NCBI GenBank assembly: GCA_964609995.1
Contig: CAZSTI010000002.1
Span: forward strand, 1-54,676
Direction of reading: 5' to 3'
Length of the DNA stretch: 54,676 nt
From: an uncultured Muribaculaceae bacterium
GTDB lineage: Bacteria > Bacillota_I > Bacilli_A > RF39 > UBA660
Numbering within the stretch: the first letter of the stretch is position 1; the number at the start of each line of letters is the position of its first letter. Of this stretch, positions 13,747 to 23,602 are shown in pieces. Under the pieces are notes generated by a model that worked only from the letters and a program-made list of their open reading frames with translations, was not told the origin of the DNA and searched no databases. The position numbers and the translations under genes were made by a program.

Positions 13747-13749
13747 TAT

Positions 13750-14118
13750 TTATTTTAATTCTACTGTTGCTCCAGCTTCTTCTAATTTTGCTTTTAATTC
13801 TTCTGCTTCTTCTTTTTTAACGTTTTCTTTAATGTTTCCGCCAGCTTCAGTTAAATTCTTTGCTTCTACTAACCCTAATCCAGTTGCTTCTCTTACTAAT
13901 TTAATAACTGCAATTTTATTAGCTCCAGCTGCTGTCAATACTACATTAAATGAAGTTTTTTCTTCTACCGCTTCAGCAACTACTGGTGCTGCTGCAACTG
14001 CAACTGCACTTGGGTCAATTCCCAATTCTTCTTTCATCGCTTCAACTAGTTCCAATACTTCAAGTACATTCATTTCCTTTAAAGATTCAATAAAACTTTC
14101 TTTAGTTAACTTTGCCAT
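13750..14118 (-). CDS. rplL: 50S ribosomal protein L7/L12
   Basis: 122 aa; Ala/Glu-rich hinge and C-terminal [10 protein letters not shown]...[10 protein letters not shown]. Confidence 0.97.
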   Translation of the reverse strand: MAKLTKESFIESLKEMNVLEVLELVEAMKEELGIDPSAVAVAAAPVVAEAVEEKTSFNVVLTAAGANKIAVIKLVREATGLGLVEAKNLTEAGGNIKENVKKEEAEELKAKLEEAGATVELK

Positions 14119-14119
14119 A

Positions 14120-14620
14120 TTAATTTCCCTCCTCTTTTAATTTTTCGGCATATAATTTTAAACCAATACTCAAATTGTTTATAATACCAAGCATTCCGCT
14201 TGCTAACATTGTTAACAAAGCATCTCTTGATGGTATTGCTGACAATTTTGATAGCACTTCTAACGAAGTTTCTTTGCCATCAATGATTCCGCCTTTAACC
14301 TTTAATAATTCATATTTTTTTGAAAAATCTGCAATTATTTTTATTGGAGTTATTGAATCTTCTCCAAATACAACTGCACTTGGTCCAAAGGTACAATAGT
14401 CCATGTTAAACTTCAAATCATCCAAAGCTCTTTTTGTCAAAGTATTTTTGTAAATTTTCATTTCAGAATTGTTTTGTTTTAACTCTTTTCTTATTAAAGA
14501 TATTTGTTCATCTGTTAATCCTCTATAATCAAAGAATATTGTTGATGAAGCTTTTGATATCTTATCTGAAATTTCTGAAACAACACCTTTTTTTTGTTCT
14601 AGAATTTTTTCATTAGCCAT
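14120..14620 (-). CDS. rplJ: 50S ribosomal protein L10
   Basis: 166 aa; immediately upstream of rplL; typical L10 N-terminus with F(D)YRGLT. Confidence 0.95.
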   Translation of the reverse strand: MANEKILEQKKGVVSEISDKISKASSTIFFDYRGLTDEQISLIRKELKQNNSEMKIYKNTLTKRALDDLKFNMDYCTFGPSAVVFGEDSITPIKIIADFSKKYELLKVKGGIIDGKETSLEVLSKLSAIPSRDALLTMLASGMLGIINNLSIGLKLYAEKLKEEGN

Positions 14621-14767
14621 AACTCACCTCCTAAATAAAAACTCTCATTATACATAACGAGAGTTTAAAATAACATTGTTATTTAAACCCTCGGTAGGAA
14701 ATATTAAGCTTATTAAGCCCCTACTGTCTATGGGTATCGCTTTTCAAATTGTATTATATATTAATAC
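14621..14767 (-). promoter_or_regulatory. ribosomal protein L10 leader with terminator-type attenuator hairpin
   Basis: 147-nt untranslated spacer before rplJ. On the minus strand a GTAGG...CCTAC stem is followed by AAACTCTC-N12-GAGAGTTT plus TTTTATTT (14632-14666), just before the SD AGGAGGTG. Confidence 0.55.
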
Positions 14768-15463
14768 TTATTGTTTGTCAAAGGAATTTAAATCTAATTT
14801 AATTCCTGGACCCATTGTTGATGAAATAGATATATTTTTTACATAGTTCCCTTTTACTGTTGAAGGTTTTGATTTCATTATTACCTCTACAAAGGTTCTT
14901 AAATTTTCAATTAATTTATTTTCATCAAATGATGATTTTCCAAGAATAGCATGAACATTTCCAAATGAATCTGTTTTATATTCAACTTTTCCCTTTTTAA
15001 TGTCTTCAACTGCTTTAATAACATCTAAAGTAACTGTTCCAACTTTTGGATTTGGCATTAAGCCTTTAGGTCCTAATATTTTTCCAAGTTTTCCAAGTGC
15101 CGGCATCATGTCTGGAGTTGAAATAATTACATCGAAATCCATCCAATTTTCAGTTTCAATTTTATGTAAAATATCTAGATCTCCAACATAATCGGCTCCA
15201 GCTTTTTCAGCATCCTTTGCCTTATCGCCTTTTGCAACAACAATAACTTTTTTGTTTTTTCCTGTTCCGTGAGGCAATACAATTGCTCCTCTTAATTGTT
15301 GCTCAGCCTTTTTTACATCAACATTTAACCTAATAGCAATTTCTACTGTTTCATCAAATTTTGATGTGCTCGTTTCCTTTACTAGCTTTATAGCTTCTTC
15401 AACATTATATGTTTTATTTCTATCAATTTTTGAAATTGAATTTGTATATTTTTTACCTTTCAT
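14768..15463 (-). CDS. rplA: 50S ribosomal protein L1
   Basis: 231 aa; ...[14 protein letters not shown]...LPHGTGK... is typical L1. Confidence 0.97.
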   Translation of the reverse strand: MKGKKYTNSISKIDRNKTYNVEEAIKLVKETSTSKFDETVEIAIRLNVDVKKAEQQLRGAIVLPHGTGKNKKVIVVAKGDKAKDAEKAGADYVGDLDILHKIETENWMDFDVIISTPDMMPALGKLGKILGPKGLMPNPKVGTVTLDVIKAVEDIKKGKVEYKTDSFGNVHAILGKSSFDENKLIENLRTFVEVIMKSKPSTVKGNYVKNISISSTMGPGIKLDLNSFDKQ

Positions 15464-15471
15464 TTTTCCTC

Positions 15472-15506
15472 CTTATGTGGTTAATACGGTTTTCCTCCCA
15501 CATAGG
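15472..15506 (-). promoter_or_regulatory. hairpin with GTGGGAGG loop abutting the rplA SD (candidate L1 autoregulatory mimic)
   Basis: Minus strand ATGTGG-GAGGAAAACCGTATTAA-CCACAT, immediately followed by AAGGAGGAAAA-ATG. Confidence 0.3.
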
Positions 15507-15520
15507 TAATAACCTATATG

Positions 15521-15946
15521 TTAATCCTTAATTTCTATTCCCATGTTGTATGCTGTACCTTCAATTATCTTCATTGCATTTTCTATAGAATATGCATTTA
15601 GATCGACAGCCTTAATTTCCGCAATTTCTCTTAATTGAGCTCTAGTTATAGACCCAACCTTTTCAGTTCTTCCTTTTGCACCAGCTTTCTCTACCTTTGC
15701 ATATTTTTTAATTAAAAATGGTGCAGGTGGAGTTTTAACTTTGAAATCGAAAGAACGATCTTCATAAATACTAATTACTACTGGTAAAATATCTCCCATT
15801 TTGTCTTTGGTTGCTTCATTAAACTTTAAACAAAACTCTTGAGAATTTACACCTGCAGGTCCCAACGCAGTACCAACTGGTGGTCCAGGTGTAGCTCTTC
15901 CAGCAGGAACTTGTAATTTTATTACTTTTACTGCTTCTTTTGCCAC
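15521..15946 (-). CDS. rplK: 50S ribosomal protein L11
   Basis: VKLQVPAGRATPGPPVGTALG is the L11 signature. The track start (15955) is a GTG inside the SD AGGAGGTG, so I chose the downstream GTG at 15946. Confidence 0.95.
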   Translation of the reverse strand: MAKEAVKVIKLQVPAGRATPGPPVGTALGPAGVNSQEFCLKFNEATKDKMGDILPVVISIYEDRSFDFKVKTPPAPFLIKKYAKVEKAGAKGRTEKVGSITRAQLREIAEIKAVDLNAYSIENAMKIIEGTAYNMGIEIKD

Positions 15947-15976
15947 GAAAAACACCTCCTAATAATATTTTTTCGC

Positions 15977-16009
15977 GAAGTGGTATTATTGCTAATCCGC
16001 TCCCACTAA
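15977..16009 (-). promoter_or_regulatory. hairpin with GTGGGAGC loop in the rplK leader (candidate L1 autoregulatory mimic)
   Basis: Minus strand AGTGG-GAGCGGATTAGCAATAATA-CCACT, about 30 nt before the rplK SD; same architecture as the hairpin at 15472-15506. Confidence 0.3.
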
Positions 16010-16072
16010 ATCACTATAAATTTATATAGCAAAGTTATTTTATCACTATATATATTTAAATGCAATCAATTT

Positions 16073-16612
16073 TTAAAAAAACTTTTCAACTTGATATATT
16101 TTTGCTTCTATTATTGTTTCTTGACCAAATAAATCAATTATAACTTTTAATTCTTGGTTTTCAAAGTCCAATTCTTGAATTTTACCAATCATGGTTTTAA
16201 ATGGTCCATCAGTAATTTTTACTTTTTCGCCAACTTGCAATTCATTACCTAATTCTAATCTACTCATTCCCATATTTGCAAGAATTCTATCTATTTCAGA
16301 TGGAAGCAACGGAATGGGTTTTGCTCCCTTACCGCTTGAACCAATAAATCCAGTTACGCCCGGAGTATTTCTTACAACATACCACGCATCATCAGACATG
16401 ATCATTTCAACTAAAATATAACCCGGAAACATTTTTTTGGTTTTTTCTTTTGTAACTCCATCTTTTGTTTCCTCAATCTTATGTTCTGGAAGTATTACTC
16501 TAAATATATTGTCTTGCATATTCATTGAATTAATACGCATTTCCAATTTTTCTTTAACTTTATTTTCGTGTCCAGAATAAGTATTAACTACATACCATTG
16601 TTTACTTTCCAT
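16073..16612 (-). CDS. nusG: transcription termination/antitermination factor NusG
   Basis: 179 aa; NGN domain WYVVNTYSGHENKV and a C-terminal KOW motif; secE-nusG-rplK order. Confidence 0.96.
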   Translation of the reverse strand: MESKQWYVVNTYSGHENKVKEKLEMRINSMNMQDNIFRVILPEHKIEETKDGVTKEKTKKMFPGYILVEMIMSDDAWYVVRNTPGVTGFIGSSGKGAKPIPLLPSEIDRILANMGMSRLELGNELQVGEKVKITDGPFKTMIGKIQELDFENQELKVIIDLFGQETIIEAKIYQVEKFF

Positions 16613-16614
16613 AA

Positions 16615-16794
16615 TTACCCCACAATGCTCTTAATAAAAGCAAATAAAACATCTAAAAAGAAGAAGAATAACGCAAAGAATACCATAAAAGATATTGTTG
16701 CAATTGAATATTTGACCATTTCTTTTTTTGTTGGCCATTTAATCTTAGCAGTTTCTTTTTTTACACTAACAAAAAATTCCTTAATTTTTTTCAT
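16615..16794 (-). CDS. secE: preprotein translocase subunit SecE
   Basis: Single C-terminal TM; ...ETAKIKWPTKKE... is a SecE hallmark. I chose the ATG at 16794 behind AAGGTGG. Confidence 0.88.
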   Translation of the reverse strand: MKKIKEFFVSVKKETAKIKWPTKKEMVKYSIATISFMVFFALFFFFLDVLFAFIKSIVG

Positions 16795-16870
16795 TTTACC
16801 ACCTTTTACCAAAATAAAAACACTTTCACGTGTTCAATTAACAAGATAATAACATAATTATTATTCAATG

Positions 16871-17488
16871 TCAATTTATTTGTATTTCTTCAATTATTTT
16901 TCTCACTTTTATTCTTATTCTTTGAATTGAACTATCTACAGATTTATAACTTTTATTAAGCAACTGAGATATTTCATTATAATCAAAGTTATTTATTTTC
17001 AAATCAAACACTTCTTTTTCAAGTGGAGTTAAAATAGAATATATTTTTTCAAAAAGCACTTTTTTTCCTTCCTTGTATTCATATAATTCACTAGGATTTG
17101 TACCTTTTTCAAAGAATATATCCAACAATGTATTTTCATCCTCATTAATTTTTTCATCTAATGAAACAGAATCATTTAATAAAGCATGTTTTTTTCTATT
17201 AGCTTTTTTTAATAAAGAAAATATTTGTCTTTCCATACATAAGTTTGCAAAGGTTTTAAATTGTGCGTTTTTTTCTTGATTAAAAGACGCTATCGCTTCG
17301 GATAATCCCAACATTCCTTCTTGATAAAGATCCTCGTATTCTAATCCCATTTTCTTTCCATATTTTAAATATTTTTTTGCTTTTAAATCAACTATAGGTT
17401 TGTACTTATCATATAATATATTAAGGGCATTCTCATCATTTTCTTCAACTAAATATATTAATTCATAATCATCTATATTTTTATACAA
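16871..17488 (-). CDS. sigH: RNA polymerase sigma factor, SigH-like
   Basis: 205 aa; region 2 DLYQEGMLGLSEAI and FKTFANLCMERQI resemble remembered B. subtilis SigH; located upstream of secE-nusG as in Bacillus. Confidence 0.8.
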   Translation of the reverse strand: MYKNIDDYELIYLVEENDENALNILYDKYKPIVDLKAKKYLKYGKKMGLEYEDLYQEGMLGLSEAIASFNQEKNAQFKTFANLCMERQIFSLLKKANRKKHALLNDSVSLDEKINEDENTLLDIFFEKGTNPSELYEYKEGKKVLFEKIYSILTPLEKEVFDLKINNFDYNEISQLLNKSYKSVDSSIQRIRIKVRKIIEEIQIN

Positions 17489-17497
17489 TTTTACCTC

Positions 17498-18193
17498 CTA
17501 GTTTCTAAATTTTATTATTTCATAAATCATTATCCCGGCCGATACCGAAGCATTTAAACTATTAATTTTTCCTTTCATAGGTATTTTTACTACTGCATCA
17601 CACTTCTCTTTTGTGAGCCTACTTATTCCTTTTCCTTCATTACCAATAATTAGGGCCAAAGGATATATGTATTTTTGTTTATCATATAATTGGTCTGTAT
17701 CTAGAGAAGTTCCAATTATCCAATATCCGATTTCTTTTAATTTATCAATAGTATTATTTATATTTATAACTTTTACTATTTTTATATTATCTAGTGCACC
17801 CGAACTGGTTTTCATAACAGTTGAGTTAATATCGACACTTCTATCTTCGGGAATTATAATTCCATCTACTCCCGCCGCTTCGCAAGTTCTTATTATTGCA
17901 CCAAAATTATGTGTATCTTCCAGATGATCAAGAATTACTAAAAATCCTTTGTTATTAATTACTTCTTCTAAATCAAAATATTTGTAATCAGGTATATCCA
18001 TAATTATACCTTGATGGTTACCATTATCAATTTTAAACATTTCTTGTTTTGATTTGTAAATAACACTAATATTTCGTTTATTAATTTCATTCAACAAATT
18101 TTTGTCATTAAAATTATCATATAAATAGATTTTATTAATTTTTTTATTATTATTTAATAATTCTAAAGCAACATTCTTACCTATTACTATCAT
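17498..18193 (-). CDS. rlmB: 23S rRNA (guanosine-2'-O)-methyltransferase RlmB (SpoU/TrmH family)
   Basis: SpoU motifs HNFGAIIRT, LIIGNEGKGIS and SLNASVSAGI. ATG at 18193 overlaps the mrnC stop as ATGA. Confidence 0.88.
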   Translation of the reverse strand: MIVIGKNVALELLNNNKKINKIYLYDNFNDKNLLNEINKRNISVIYKSKQEMFKIDNGNHQGIIMDIPDYKYFDLEEVINNKGFLVILDHLEDTHNFGAIIRTCEAAGVDGIIIPEDRSVDINSTVMKTSSGALDNIKIVKVININNTIDKLKEIGYWIIGTSLDTDQLYDKQKYIYPLALIIGNEGKGISRLTKEKCDAVVKIPMKGKINSLNASVSAGIMIYEIIKFRN

Positions 18194-18561
18194 ATTAAAC
18201 TCCAAATATGGTTCATTATTTGATTATTTCTTTCAAAGTTTTGGTTCGTATAATGAAATCCAATCAACGCTTCTAAGGCAGTAGAATGTTTATAAGTCAA
18301 AATATCCGTGTTTTTTGGTTTAGAATTTGATTTAGAATTTCTGGCTCTTTTAACAATTTCAACTTCATCTTCGCTTAAATAATTGTTTTCAATCAAATGT
18401 TTTAAAAATAGTGCTTGAGACTTTGCACAAACATATTTTTTTGCTTCCTTTTGCAAATCGTTTACTTTGGATATGTTATTATTTATTAAATGATTTCTTA
18501 CATAAAGTTCATATACAGCATCTCCTATGTACGCTAAAACTAAGGAATTAAAATTATTCAT
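18190..18561 (-). CDS. mrnC: mini-ribonuclease III
   Basis: 123 aa; LAYIGDAVYELYVR is an RNase III-like signature; Bacillus-type mrnC-rlmB pairing. Confidence 0.88.
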   Translation of the reverse strand: MNNFNSLVLAYIGDAVYELYVRNHLINNNISKVNDLQKEAKKYVCAKSQALFLKHLIENNYLSEDEVEIVKRARNSKSNSKPKNTDILTYKHSTALEALIGFHYTNQNFERNNQIMNHIWSLI

Positions 18562-18607
18562 TTATATCACCACAAATATAATAACACAAAAGTAAGAATA
18601 TTAATTC

Positions 18608-18892
18608 TTACTTTTGTATCTTTATTATGAATTCTCCCTCTTTAGAAAACAAATACTTTTCTCTTGCATATCTCGCAACATATTCCTCGTCGTTTAATTT
18701 GTTCATTTCATCTTCTAAATTCAACTTTTTATTCTTCGTTGAAACAAGAGTGTTTTCTAATTCTTTTTTTTCTTTATTAAGAGACATTACTCTACCTAAC
18801 ACAGTAATTATGCTACCAAACATTAAAGACAATATTAAAATAGAGAAAAATATTCTAATAATGCTTTTTTTAAATTTATGTTTTCTTTTCAT
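18608..18892 (-). CDS. divIC: septum formation initiator family protein (DivIC/FtsB-like)
   Basis: 94 aa; basic N-terminus, one TM, a coiled coil, and ARYAREKY...K..GE at the C-terminus. Confidence 0.75.
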   Translation of the reverse strand: MKRKHKFKKSIIRIFFSILILSLMFGSIITVLGRVMSLNKEKKELENTLVSTKNKKLNLEDEMNKLNDEEYVARYAREKYLFSKEGEFIIKIQK

Positions 18893-18989
18893 TAGTCAAC
18901 ACCCATCCTTGATAGGATTTTAACATTCAAAAAATAGCATATCAATATATATATTATTAACTTTACTTAAATTAACAAAAAAAAGAGTT

Positions 18990-19280
18990 TTATTCCTCTT
19001 CTTCTACTTCTTCAGATTTAACATCCTCAGCTTTTTCGTATTCAGCAATAATTATTTCATTGAACATATCTCTTGTTTCTTGATTAATAGGATGAACTAT
19101 ATCTCTATAATCTCCCACAGCATTTCTTCGACTAGGCATTGCAACAAATGGACCATTATCACCTTCGATGATTTTAATGTCATGAATTGCAAAGCAATCG
19201 TCTATCAATATTGATACTATTCCTTTCATACGAGAATTTTCTTTTTCGATTTTACGAACATTTACTGATGTTATTTTCAC
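18990..19280 (-). CDS. spoVG: septation/regulatory protein SpoVG
   Basis: KITSVNVRKIEKENSRMKGIVSILIDDCFAIHDIKIIEG..GPFVAMPSRR is typical SpoVG. I chose the GTG at 19280 behind AAAGGAGAGG. Confidence 0.9.
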   Translation of the reverse strand: MKITSVNVRKIEKENSRMKGIVSILIDDCFAIHDIKIIEGDNGPFVAMPSRRNAVGDYRDIVHPINQETRDMFNEIIIAEYEKAEDVKSEEVEEEE

Positions 19281-19352
19281 AAGCACCTCTCCTTTTGAAA
19301 CATATTTCAAGTTAATAGTACATCATATTATTAAAAAAATCAATATAAAATG

Positions 19353-20177
19353 TTAATATTTCCTTAAACATAATGAGTTTGATAAAAAAATAAAATCTTG
19401 AATAGATAATTGCTCAGCTCTTATGTTTTTAATATGCTTCCTTTTTAATAAGAGTTCTTCTATAAAATTATAATCATAATCAATTAGATTATTCTTTAAT
19501 ATTTTTCTTTTTTGTTTAAATGAATCCCTAACTAACTTATAAAAATGCTCTTCGTTAAAAGCTTTCTCTTGATTATTTTTTTTTGATAACTTTAATACAA
19601 TACTGTCTACATTTGGTTGGGGTACAAAGGATTGTCTTGAAACATTCATTATTTTTTTTACATCGTAATTATAATTTATAAAAACACTAAGTGAATTATA
19701 TGCTTTAGACTTTGGAACCGCATTAATTCTATCTCCAACTTCTTTTTGAACCATAATAATTATTCTGTAAACATCAATACCTTCATTAATTATTTTTTCT
19801 ATAATAGGTGTAGTAATATAATATGGAAGATTGGATATTATAAATAACTTATCGTATTTATATTTTTTTATGTCTTCAATAATGTCTCTTTTCAAAAAAT
19901 CATCATAAATAATTGTTAACTTTGGATTGCTAATTTCATTTAGATATTTTTCTAAATCTTTATCTATTTCATAACCCAAAACATATTCAAATTTGTTTGC
20001 TAGTTTTTTTGTTAATACTCCGGAACCACAACCGATTTCAATTACTAATGAATTTTCCTCAAAATCAGACAAATTAATAATTTTATCTATTAAATTCTCA
20101 TCTTTTATAAAATTTTGCCCAAATTTTTTTTTAAATTTATGATTGTATTTCATTTTACCTCTAAAAATAAGAGACAT
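19353..20177 (-). CDS. rsmA: 16S rRNA (adenine1518/1519-N6)-dimethyltransferase
   Basis: FGQNFIKD and EIGCGSGVLT motifs. The start is ambiguous: ATG 20177 behind AAGAGG, or ATG 20153 behind AGAGG. Confidence 0.92.
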   Translation of the reverse strand: MSLIFRGKMKYNHKFKKKFGQNFIKDENLIDKIINLSDFEENSLVIEIGCGSGVLTKKLANKFEYVLGYEIDKDLEKYLNEISNPKLTIIYDDFLKRDIIEDIKKYKYDKLFIISNLPYYITTPIIEKIINEGIDVYRIIIMVQKEVGDRINAVPKSKAYNSLSVFINYNYDVKKIMNVSRQSFVPQPNVDSIVLKLSKKNNQEKAFNEEHFYKLVRDSFKQKRKILKNNLIDYDYNFIEELLLKRKHIKNIRAEQLSIQDFIFLSNSLCLRKY

Positions 20178-20186
20178 CAAAGCCTC

Positions 20187-20723
20187 TTACCATCCATATC
20201 TTAACACTTCATATATTACATTAGATCTTCCAACTTGTTTTACTTCTTGTTCATCTTGAAAGCCGAAGGCTAGATCCATTAGTTTTCCTTTTATTGCACT
20301 CCCTCTATCTAATACAATTGCAAGAAAAGGTTCTTTATATATTTTTACTCCCGTTACCCTTACTACTGTTCCAAATGGAACGCTTCTATCGGCTGCTACA
20401 ATTCTTATTGTCCCGAAAGTTTTATCTTCATAATATATATTATTGTTTCTTATGTCATATCCCGAAGCGGTTACTCCAGAACATCCATAGCAATCAGCGC
20501 CATACGCAGTCATAGTTCCCTCATAAGTTTCAATTACTTCAAAAGTTTTCTTGGCATCCGTTACTTCAACTTTCTTTTCAACAACAACCAAATTATCTTT
20601 TTCAACAAAGTAATTATTTATCTTATATTCAATATTAGAAAAAAAACTGTATCTATAAGTTAATATAAACGCATTAAATAATACTATAATTCCTATTAAT
20701 GTAATTGAAATTATTTTCTTCAA
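20187..20723 (-). CDS. 3D-domain (RlpA/MltA-like) cell-wall-associated protein with N-terminal TM anchor, YabE-like
   Basis: TM anchor, then GTMTAYGADCYGCSGVTASG...VAADRSVPFGT...VLDRGSAIKG is a 3D domain pattern; same neighbourhood as Bacillus yabE. Confidence 0.75.
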   Translation of the reverse strand: MKKIISITLIGIIVLFNAFILTYRYSFFSNIEYKINNYFVEKDNLVVVEKKVEVTDAKKTFEVIETYEGTMTAYGADCYGCSGVTASGYDIRNNNIYYEDKTFGTIRIVAADRSVPFGTVVRVTGVKIYKEPFLAIVLDRGSAIKGKLMDLAFGFQDEQEVKQVGRSNVIYEVLRYGW

Positions 20724-20753
20724 TTTTCACCTCATAATACTATATTAATAATA

Positions 20754-21512
20754 TCATTTTTGTTGATTAAAGTCAAATAATTGAGAGGTATTATCATATA
20801 TTTTTTTCTCTATTATATCGGAATCAAGCCCTTTAATTTCAGCTATTTTATCTATAATATTTTTTATATATAATGGTTTGTTTAATTGACCTCTATATGG
20901 CTCTGGAGTTAGATAAGGGGAATCGGTTTCAACAACTAAATAATCTATAGATATTTCTTTTATTATATCCTTAAGATTAGAATTTTTAAAAGTTAATACT
21001 CCTCCAATTCCTAAGTAATAACCCAATTTAACAAATGCATTTGCAACTTCAATTCCTTTACTAAAAGCATGGATAACTCCTTTTAGTTTATAATTTGAAA
21101 GAATATTCAATATATCTTCGGTTGCATCTCTATTATGTATTACAACTGAATAATTATTTTTTAAAGCTATATTTAATTGTCTTATAAACATATCTTTTTG
21201 ATTATCTTTGTTGTCTTTTATCCAATAATAATCAAGCCCAATTTCTCCTAAACCTACAATCTTATTATTTTTTAATTGTTCTTCTAATTCAAAATAATCA
21301 TTTTCTTTAATAGAATTAATTTCAGAAGGATGAAATCCAACTGTGCCATAAACATTTTTATATTTTTTTGTAAGTTCGATTACTTCTTTGTTTGATTTTG
21401 GATCTACTCCACTTACAATTAATATAATGTTCTCTTTTTCGATTTCCTCCATTAAAGCCTCAATATCATCATAATATTCATTAAAAATATGGCAATGGGT
21501 ATCAACAATCAT
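20754..21512 (-). CDS. tatD: TatD family metal-dependent hydrolase
   Basis: MIVDTHCH..., GEIGLDY, VIHNRDA, VETDSPYL motifs; follows metG as yabD does in Bacillus. Confidence 0.92.
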   Translation of the reverse strand: MIVDTHCHIFNEYYDDIEALMEEIEKENIILIVSGVDPKSNKEVIELTKKYKNVYGTVGFHPSEINSIKENDYFELEEQLKNNKIVGLGEIGLDYYWIKDNKDNQKDMFIRQLNIALKNNYSVVIHNRDATEDILNILSNYKLKGVIHAFSKGIEVANAFVKLGYYLGIGGVLTFKNSNLKDIIKEISIDYLVVETDSPYLTPEPYRGQLNKPLYIKNIIDKIAEIKGLDSDIIEKKIYDNTSQLFDFNQQK

Positions 21513-21551
21513 AAATCTCCTCTTAAAAAAAGCAATACTTAATATTGCTTT

Positions 21552-21815
21552 TTATGAAAACAAACCGATTATATATTGAACGGGTTCGTAAAAAAATATT
21601 GCAAATGGATGCATGTCTGTAAATAAAGATCCCTCAACCATATTAAGTATATACGGTCCAACGAAATAATATGCTACTAAAAAAACTAATATTCTAATTG
21701 GAATATAATCTAGCTTAATAAGTTCTAACAAAATTGATACCAACTTGAAAACTATAGAAATTACAATTAATCCTACAATTATAGGTAATAATATATTTAT
21801 AAAAAAATCCACCAT
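21552..21815 (-). CDS. small hypothetical membrane protein (about 3 predicted TM segments)
   Basis: 87 aa, strongly hydrophobic helices, good SD (GGAGGA) 6 nt before the ATG; no family recognised. Confidence 0.55.
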   Translation of the reverse strand: MVDFFINILLPIIVGLIVISIVFKLVSILLELIKLDYIPIRILVFLVAYYFVGPYILNMVEGSLFTDMHPFAIFFYEPVQYIIGLFS

Positions 21816-21868
21816 ATTTATCCTCCAATATTAAACATTATAACAAAGTAATTTATTTATAACAACCT

Positions 21869-23389
21869 TTATTCAATTCTATTAAATAATATATCTATTT
21901 TTTCCACCTTTATATTGTTTTCTAAATTGCCAAATGCATTAATTGAATCTAAAGAAACATTTGCTGTATTAAGGGATTTTAATATTTTTTCTGAAGTATC
22001 CGGCAAAAACGGTTTCAATAAAACACCAATAATTCTAATAGATTCTATAGTATTATATAATACAGTATTTAATCTATCAAAGTTTTCATTTTTTGCCAAA
22101 ATCCAAGGAGCTGTATCATCAATATATTTATTACACAATCTTGCTAGATCTATTATTTGAGATAAAGCCATACTAATATTAATATTTTCTATTGATTCTT
22201 CTACTTTAATAGGCATTTTTGATACTTCCTCAATAAATTTTTCATCTATTTCATTATTGTTTTCTATTTTATTTACAATTCCATCAAAATATTTTATTGA
22301 CATTGTAATAGTTCTATTTATTAAATTACCTAAAGTGTTTGCTAAATCTGAGTTTACTTTTTCCTTAATCAAATCTTTAGATATTAATCCATCACTTGTA
22401 ATAGGCATAGAACTCAATACATAATATCTAACTTGGTCTAAACCAAATTCATTAACTAATTCATCTGCATATAATACATTCCCTCTAGATTTGCTCATTT
22501 TTTCCTTATCAGAAATTAACCATTGATGTCCAAAAATAGTTTTAGGTAATTTTTCATTTAAAGCCATTAGTAATATTGGCCAATATATAGAATGAAATCT
22601 AAATATGTCTTTTCCAATTATTTGTAGATCGGCTGGCCAATATTTTTCGAATTTTTCGCCCTTATTATTTAAGTCATATCCCAAAAAAGTAATGTAATTT
22701 GAAAGAGCATCAATCCACACGTATATTACATTATTTTTATCAAAAGGAACTTTTACTCCCCATTCAAAAGTACTTCTTGTTACACATAAATCTTGTAAGC
22801 CTGGTTTAATAAAATTATTTATTATTTCATTTTTTCTAAAATCCGGTTGTAAAAATGTGGGGTTTTCCTCAATATATTTCAATAATTTTTCTGTGTAATT
22901 TGATAATTTTAAAAAATATGCTTCCTCTCTCTTTTTTTCTACAGTTCTTCCACAATCGGGACAATTTCCATTATTTAACTGAAGATCGGTATAAAAAGAC
23001 TCGCAAGGAATACAGTACCAACCCTCATAAACGTCTTTATAAATATCACCTTTATCATATAGTTTTTGAAATATTTGAGATACACTTTTCTTATGGTTTT
23101 CGTCTGAAGTTCTGACAAAAGCGTCATATGAAATATTTAACATATCATAATTTTCTTTCACTATATTTGAAATGTTGTCAACAAATTCTTGTTCTGATAC
23201 TTTGTTTTCCAAGGCTTTTATATGCACTTTTTCTCCGTGTTCATCAGTACCGGTTTGAAAATATACATCAAATCCTTTTAATCGTTTATATCTTGCAATA
23301 CAATCAGCCAAAACAACTTCATATACATTGCCTATATGAGGTTTCCCCGAAGCATACGCAATCGCAGTAGTTATATAATATTTTTCCAT
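21869..23389 (-). CDS. metG: methionine--tRNA ligase (short form, no C-terminal tRNA-binding domain)
   Basis: 506 aa; HIGN (class I HIGH), KMSKS and a CPDCG zinc knuckle. Confidence 0.96.
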   Translation of the reverse strand: MEKYYITTAIAYASGKPHIGNVYEVVLADCIARYKRLKGFDVYFQTGTDEHGEKVHIKALENKVSEQEFVDNISNIVKENYDMLNISYDAFVRTSDENHKKSVSQIFQKLYDKGDIYKDVYEGWYCIPCESFYTDLQLNNGNCPDCGRTVEKKREEAYFLKLSNYTEKLLKYIEENPTFLQPDFRKNEIINNFIKPGLQDLCVTRSTFEWGVKVPFDKNNVIYVWIDALSNYITFLGYDLNNKGEKFEKYWPADLQIIGKDIFRFHSIYWPILLMALNEKLPKTIFGHQWLISDKEKMSKSRGNVLYADELVNEFGLDQVRYYVLSSMPITSDGLISKDLIKEKVNSDLANTLGNLINRTITMSIKYFDGIVNKIENNNEIDEKFIEEVSKMPIKVEESIENINISMALSQIIDLARLCNKYIDDTAPWILAKNENFDRLNTVLYNTIESIRIIGVLLKPFLPDTSEKILKSLNTANVSLDSINAFGNLENNIKVEKIDILFNRIE

Positions 23390-23399
23390 AGCATCCTCC

Positions 23400-23596
23400 T
23401 AATAAAAAAACTATAAATTTAAGGACGAATAATCGCGGTACCACCTTAATTCATAGTATTCTATGCACTCATTTCTTTAACGCAGAAATACGTTTGACTC
23501 CAAAACCATTTTCAATAATATCCTTATACTTGTTTCACCAAACCAAGCTCTCTACAATAATTTTTATTATTTACTTGTTTCTTCAATGTCATTTAT
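23400..23596 (-). promoter_or_regulatory. T-box leader (Met specifier) controlling metG
   Basis: Minus strand: AGAGAG...GGTGAAA at the stem I base, specifier loop GAAAATGG with AUG at 23507-23509, T-box AATTAAGGTGGTACCGCG at 23434-23451, and a terminator helix CTATGAATTAAGG...CCTTAAATTTATAG plus T7. Confidence 0.88.
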
Positions 23597-23602
23597 TTAT
23601 AA

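Noticed and set aside
16823-16838. CTTTCACGTGTTCAAT between sigH and secE looks like a parS half-site
   Set aside because: Only one half (TTTCACGTG) matches. The other arm (TTCAAT) does not complete the palindrome, so it is probably a chance CACGTG.
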